Of a DNA stretch of 32,000 nucleotides, positions 29,958-32,000 are shown piece after piece. Positions within the stretch are counted from its first letter, which is position 1. Every line of letters begins with the position of its first letter. Under the pieces are notes generated by a model that was not told the DNA's origin, did no database searches, and saw only the letters and a list, made by a program, of their open reading frames with translations. The position numbers and the translations under genes are program-made. This stretch comes from a virus. The stretch lies in the IMG/VR virus record IMGVR_UViG_3300045988_146431, positions 12,528 to 44,527 of that record; one strand, written 5' to 3'.

Positions 29958-30200
29958 TTACCTGATTCCAAATTGTTTTGCCATTTGTTGAAGTTGTTGC
30001 TTTTGTTGTGGATTTAAATTACCCATCATCTGATTTAAAATCATTTGTGGATTTTGACCACTGTTCATAAGCATTTGAAATTGTTGAAATGCTTGTGGAT
30101 TTTTCTGTGATAGCATATTCATTAACATTTGTTGGGGATTTCCCATATTCATCATATTCATTGGATTCATATTACCCATAATACTTTTTAAAGGATTCAT
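29958..30200 (-). CDS. Cassette gene 2: Met/Asn/Gln-rich NPQ-repeat protein (80 aa)
   Basis: AAAGGAG RBS and ATGA overlap with gene 1. My count is 16 Met, 13 Asn and 17 Gln out of 80 residues. Four NPQ units (GNPQQML, KNPQAFQ, QNPQMIL, LNPQQKQ). Confidence 0.6.
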   Translation of the reverse strand: MNPLKSIMGNMNPMNMMNMGNPQQMLMNMLSQKNPQAFQQFQMLMNSGQNPQMILNQMMGNLNPQQKQQLQQMAKQFGIR

Positions 30201-30637
30201 TTTGTTTGTGCTCCTTTCTTTGGTTGCTCATTAGCTTGTTTTGGTGGTTTGCTTAATGCACATATCAAATCATCTAATTTCTTTTCGATTCCATTTACAC
30301 GATTTTCGATACTGTTAGAAGTATCTTCCGTGATTTCTTCAAATTTAAATTTTTTAAATGTTCCATCTAAAGATTTCATATAAAAAATAGATTTATTGTT
30401 ATCAAATAAAATCGTTGGTAAATTTGCATTCGCAAAGTTTCTAGCTTCCTGCTCATCGTTCACCCATTTTCCATTAAAATCAAAATTACCTTGTTGTTGT
30501 GGTGTAATCTGATTATTAATATTGATAGGTGGAATATTTGCATACTGTTGTACTTGCTGAATTTGTTGATCTATCATTTGTCTTTGCTGCATCAAACTGT
30601 CAATTCGTGCTTGTGCTGGATTATAATTGTTATACAT
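30197..30637 (-). CDS. Cassette gene 1: Q/N-rich N-terminus plus small globular domain (146 aa)
   Basis: ATG 30637 lies 6 nt after GAGGTGG (the track GTG 30646 is inside the RBS). QQRQMIDQQIQQVQQYANIPPININNQITPQQQ, then FDFNGKWVNDEQEARNFANANLPTILFDNNKSIFYMKSLDGTFKKFKFEEI. Confidence 0.6.
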   Translation of the reverse strand: MYNNYNPAQARIDSLMQQRQMIDQQIQQVQQYANIPPININNQITPQQQGNFDFNGKWVNDEQEARNFANANLPTILFDNNKSIFYMKSLDGTFKKFKFEEITEDTSNSIENRVNGIEKKLDDLICALSKPPKQANEQPKKGAQTK

Positions 30638-30663
30638 TTCAACCACCTCTTTATTACGCTTTA

Positions 30664-30692
30664 ATTATATGGTTACGCAACAAATAATTTAA
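30664..30692 (-). promoter_or_regulatory. Promoter-like element of the five-gene cassette
   Basis: Consensus minus-strand TATAAT (30669-30664), with a weak TTAAAT-like -35 17 nt upstream. Lies between the upstream terminator and the cassette RBS. Confidence 0.35.
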
Positions 30693-30719
30693 TACTCGAA
30701 TAATACTCATAAAATACCC

Positions 30720-30752
30720 AAAATAAAATGAGCAACCATTATAGATTGCTCA
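30720..30752 (-). terminator. Intrinsic terminator after the sigma-r4-like gene
   Basis: TGAGCAA (30729-30735) pairs with TTGCTCA (30746-30752), followed on the minus strand by TTTTATTTT. Confidence 0.6.
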
Positions 30753-30972
30753 CATATTTATCGAACATTTTTCTTGCTTTGCATACTCTGTTCCTTATGG
30801 TTTGTACTTCCATATGTAATGCATCTGCAATTTCGGTACATGACATATCATATACATATCTCATAATCAAAATCTGTTCATATTTCTTTCTTAATCCAAC
30901 AGATTTGATAAGTATTAATGCATCATTAGGACGTATCTCTTTTAATCTGTTAGCTTTGTTAATATAAACCAC
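30739..30972 (-). CDS. Small sigma-70 region-4-like HTH protein (77 aa)
   Basis: RKKYEQILIMRYVYDMSCTEIADALHMEVQTIRNRVCKARKMF is a typical sigma region-4 / LuxR-like HTH. GTG start 8 nt after the upstream stop, so the start is uncertain. Confidence 0.55.
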   Translation of the reverse strand: MVYINKANRLKEIRPNDALILIKSVGLRKKYEQILIMRYVYDMSCTEIADALHMEVQTIRNRVCKARKMFDKYVSNL

Positions 30973-30980
30973 CGCCTTAA

Positions 30981-31214
30981 TTAAATTCGTTGGTTTGAAT
31001 TAGCTTCGCAAGAACAATTATTCACATGATCATCTTTCCAATAACCACAACAAATAATAGTAGAATAAAGAACAATAATCACTAAAACCAATACTGTAAT
31101 AATCGTTCTACTTGTTTTATAGTTTCTATCAATTAATTTTGAGCAAAAACCATAAATGTTATCTACTTTTTCTTCTACATTTTGAAGTTTCTTGTTTGCA
31201 TCTTTAATATCCAT
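30981..31214 (-). CDS. XhlA-like membrane protein (77 aa; assigned on topology only)
   Basis: N-terminal coiled coil (KKLQNVEEKVDNIY) then TM (IITVLVLVIIVLYSTIICCGYW), the same layout as PBSX XhlA. Position fits between XkdX-like and the lysis genes. Confidence 0.45.
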   Translation of the reverse strand: MDIKDANKKLQNVEEKVDNIYGFCSKLIDRNYKTSRTIITVLVLVIIVLYSTIICCGYWKDDHVNNCSCEANSNQRI

Positions 31215-31497
31215 TTTTATTACGATCCTCCAACGCTTCTACACGTTTAAACAAAGTAGTTATTTGTTCTTTTATTTGAGAAAGCTCCACTTCCATTGAA
31301 TTGCTTCCTTTTTTAATTTCTGAAATTGAATCTTTAATATCACTTAAATCTGATTTAATATGTTCTAATTCATTCTTCAAAAATGCCATGTTGGATATTT
31401 GCTCTCCATCCATCTTACGTGTGCCACGATTATACGTAATAAATGCAATTACAAGCATGCATGCAGAAATAATAACACTAAGATATTCTCCACTCAT
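31204..31497 (-). CDS. Membrane-anchored coiled-coil protein (97 aa)
   Basis: AGGTGA RBS. N-terminal TM (YLSVIISACMLVIAFITY) then heptad-like LKNELEHIKSDLSDIKDSISEIKK...IKEQITTLFKRVEALE. Confidence 0.55.
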   Translation of the reverse strand: MSGEYLSVIISACMLVIAFITYNRGTRKMDGEQISNMAFLKNELEHIKSDLSDIKDSISEIKKGSNSMEVELSQIKEQITTLFKRVEALEDRNKNGY

Positions 31498-31508
31498 AAA
31501 AACATCAC

Positions 31509-31631
31509 CTATTTATTAACGATAGAATTTTTTTGTTCTACACTAATCCATCCAATAGAAGCAAAAATTTCTAAATCATTATTTGTAAATAAACCTAATT
31601 CATAATACGATTTGATTAATTCATAACTCAT
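31509..31631 (-). CDS. XkdX-family small protein (40 aa)
   Basis: Below the track cutoff. Hand translation MSYELIKSYYELGLFTNNDLEIFASIGWISVEQKNSIVNK parallels the XkdX pattern (..ik.yY.lGl.t..dv..fv..g.It.e....I). Confidence 0.6.
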   Translation of the reverse strand: MSYELIKSYYELGLFTNNDLEIFASIGWISVEQKNSIVNK

Positions 31632-31632
31632 A

Positions 31633-31977
31633 CTACTTCACCCCATTCAATTGAGCTTTTAATTGTGCAATTTGTAACATTAATTGTGCATTAATCTTAT
31701 CTTGCTCAGTAGGCACTGATTTTGGTTCTTCAATTGTAGGTTTGTCTCCTTCTGCAACCTCAATCACTTTGCCTTCTACATATTTGTAGTTATATCTTCC
31801 ATGTTCGTCTACTAATTCTTTTTCTAGATATTGACCTTGAGCATGAGCGTATTTATCGCCTTTCCCTTGGTCAATTTCTGTCATAATTGACATTTCTTCT
31901 TGTGATAAGAAAATATCTGAATTAATAGATGTGATGTATCCATCTTGTAAGGATACGTATACTTTATGTTCGTTCAT
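31633..31977 (-). CDS. XkdW-like tail-end accessory protein (114 aa)
   Basis: AGGAGGAA RBS. Small acidic protein ending in a heptad-like QDKINAQLMLQIAQLKAQL, directly preceding the XkdX-like gene as in PBSX-type late regions. Confidence 0.5.
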   Translation of the reverse strand: MNEHKVYVSLQDGYITSINSDIFLSQEEMSIMTEIDQGKGDKYAHAQGQYLEKELVDEHGRYNYKYVEGKVIEVAEGDKPTIEEPKSVPTEQDKINAQLMLQIAQLKAQLNGVK

Positions 31978-32000
31978 AGCTTCCTCCTAGTAAATTTCTG

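Noticed and set aside
1-32000. Genome-wide enrichment of TTGTACAA (seen at about 536, 10385, 16410, 23826 and 26255) as a dispersed regulatory word; also a scan for CRISPR arrays, tRNA/tmRNA, rRNA, reverse transcriptase/DGR and transposase genes
   Set aside because: Five copies of an AT-rich palindromic 8-mer is only a mild excess over my rough expectation, and most are inside genes. Only the 19-nt boxes and the 23.8-24.0 kb cluster seem meaningful. No repeat-spacer arrays, cloverleaf-like GC-rich segments, RT motifs or transposase-like ORFs were seen.

Overview
The whole 32-kb window is AT-rich temperate-phage DNA of the Firmicutes type. I saw no host genes, rRNA, tRNA or CRISPR array. All family names below come from reading the translations by eye; nothing was searched. 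Nearly all genes run leftward (minus strand). Reading the minus strand from 32000 down to 1, the order is:
- tail-end accessory genes (XkdW/XkdX-like, two XhlA-like membrane/coiled-coil proteins, a sigma-region-4-like regulator);
- a self-contained five-gene cassette of composition-biased proteins (28.3-30.6 kb) with its own promoter and flanking terminators;
- holin and amidase endolysin;
- an intact attP-like gap;
- a tyrosine integrase with two tightly linked cargo genes;
- an ORF-poor gap containing a G9 tract;
- a lipoprotein;
- a CI-like repressor (plus strand) facing a consensus early promoter;
- early genes, including a DUF2829-like protein and a second tyrosine recombinase;
- a replication module (replisome organizer with internal iterons, DnaC-like loader);
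- a dimeric-dUTPase-like gene;
- a run of small Cys-rich genes and a tandemly duplicated gene pair;
- a DUF1492-like regulator;
- a ~5-kb accessory island bracketed by ~100-bp direct repeats (opposite-strand ArdA operon, HExxH peptidase, a dense AAAACTTT motif array);
- a GC-rich cos-like region;
- HNH, TerS, TerL, portal, prohead protease and an HK97-type capsid gene that runs off the left edge.
Because lysin, attP and int are contiguous, the genome is in the unintegrated or circular arrangement.
The best candidates for undescribed biology are:
1. the five-gene moron cassette next to the holin;
2. the int-linked two-gene cargo;
3. the repeat-bracketed ArdA island and its motif array;
4. a 19-bp palindromic box shared by the packaging and lysis promoters, the first followed by a leader terminator.
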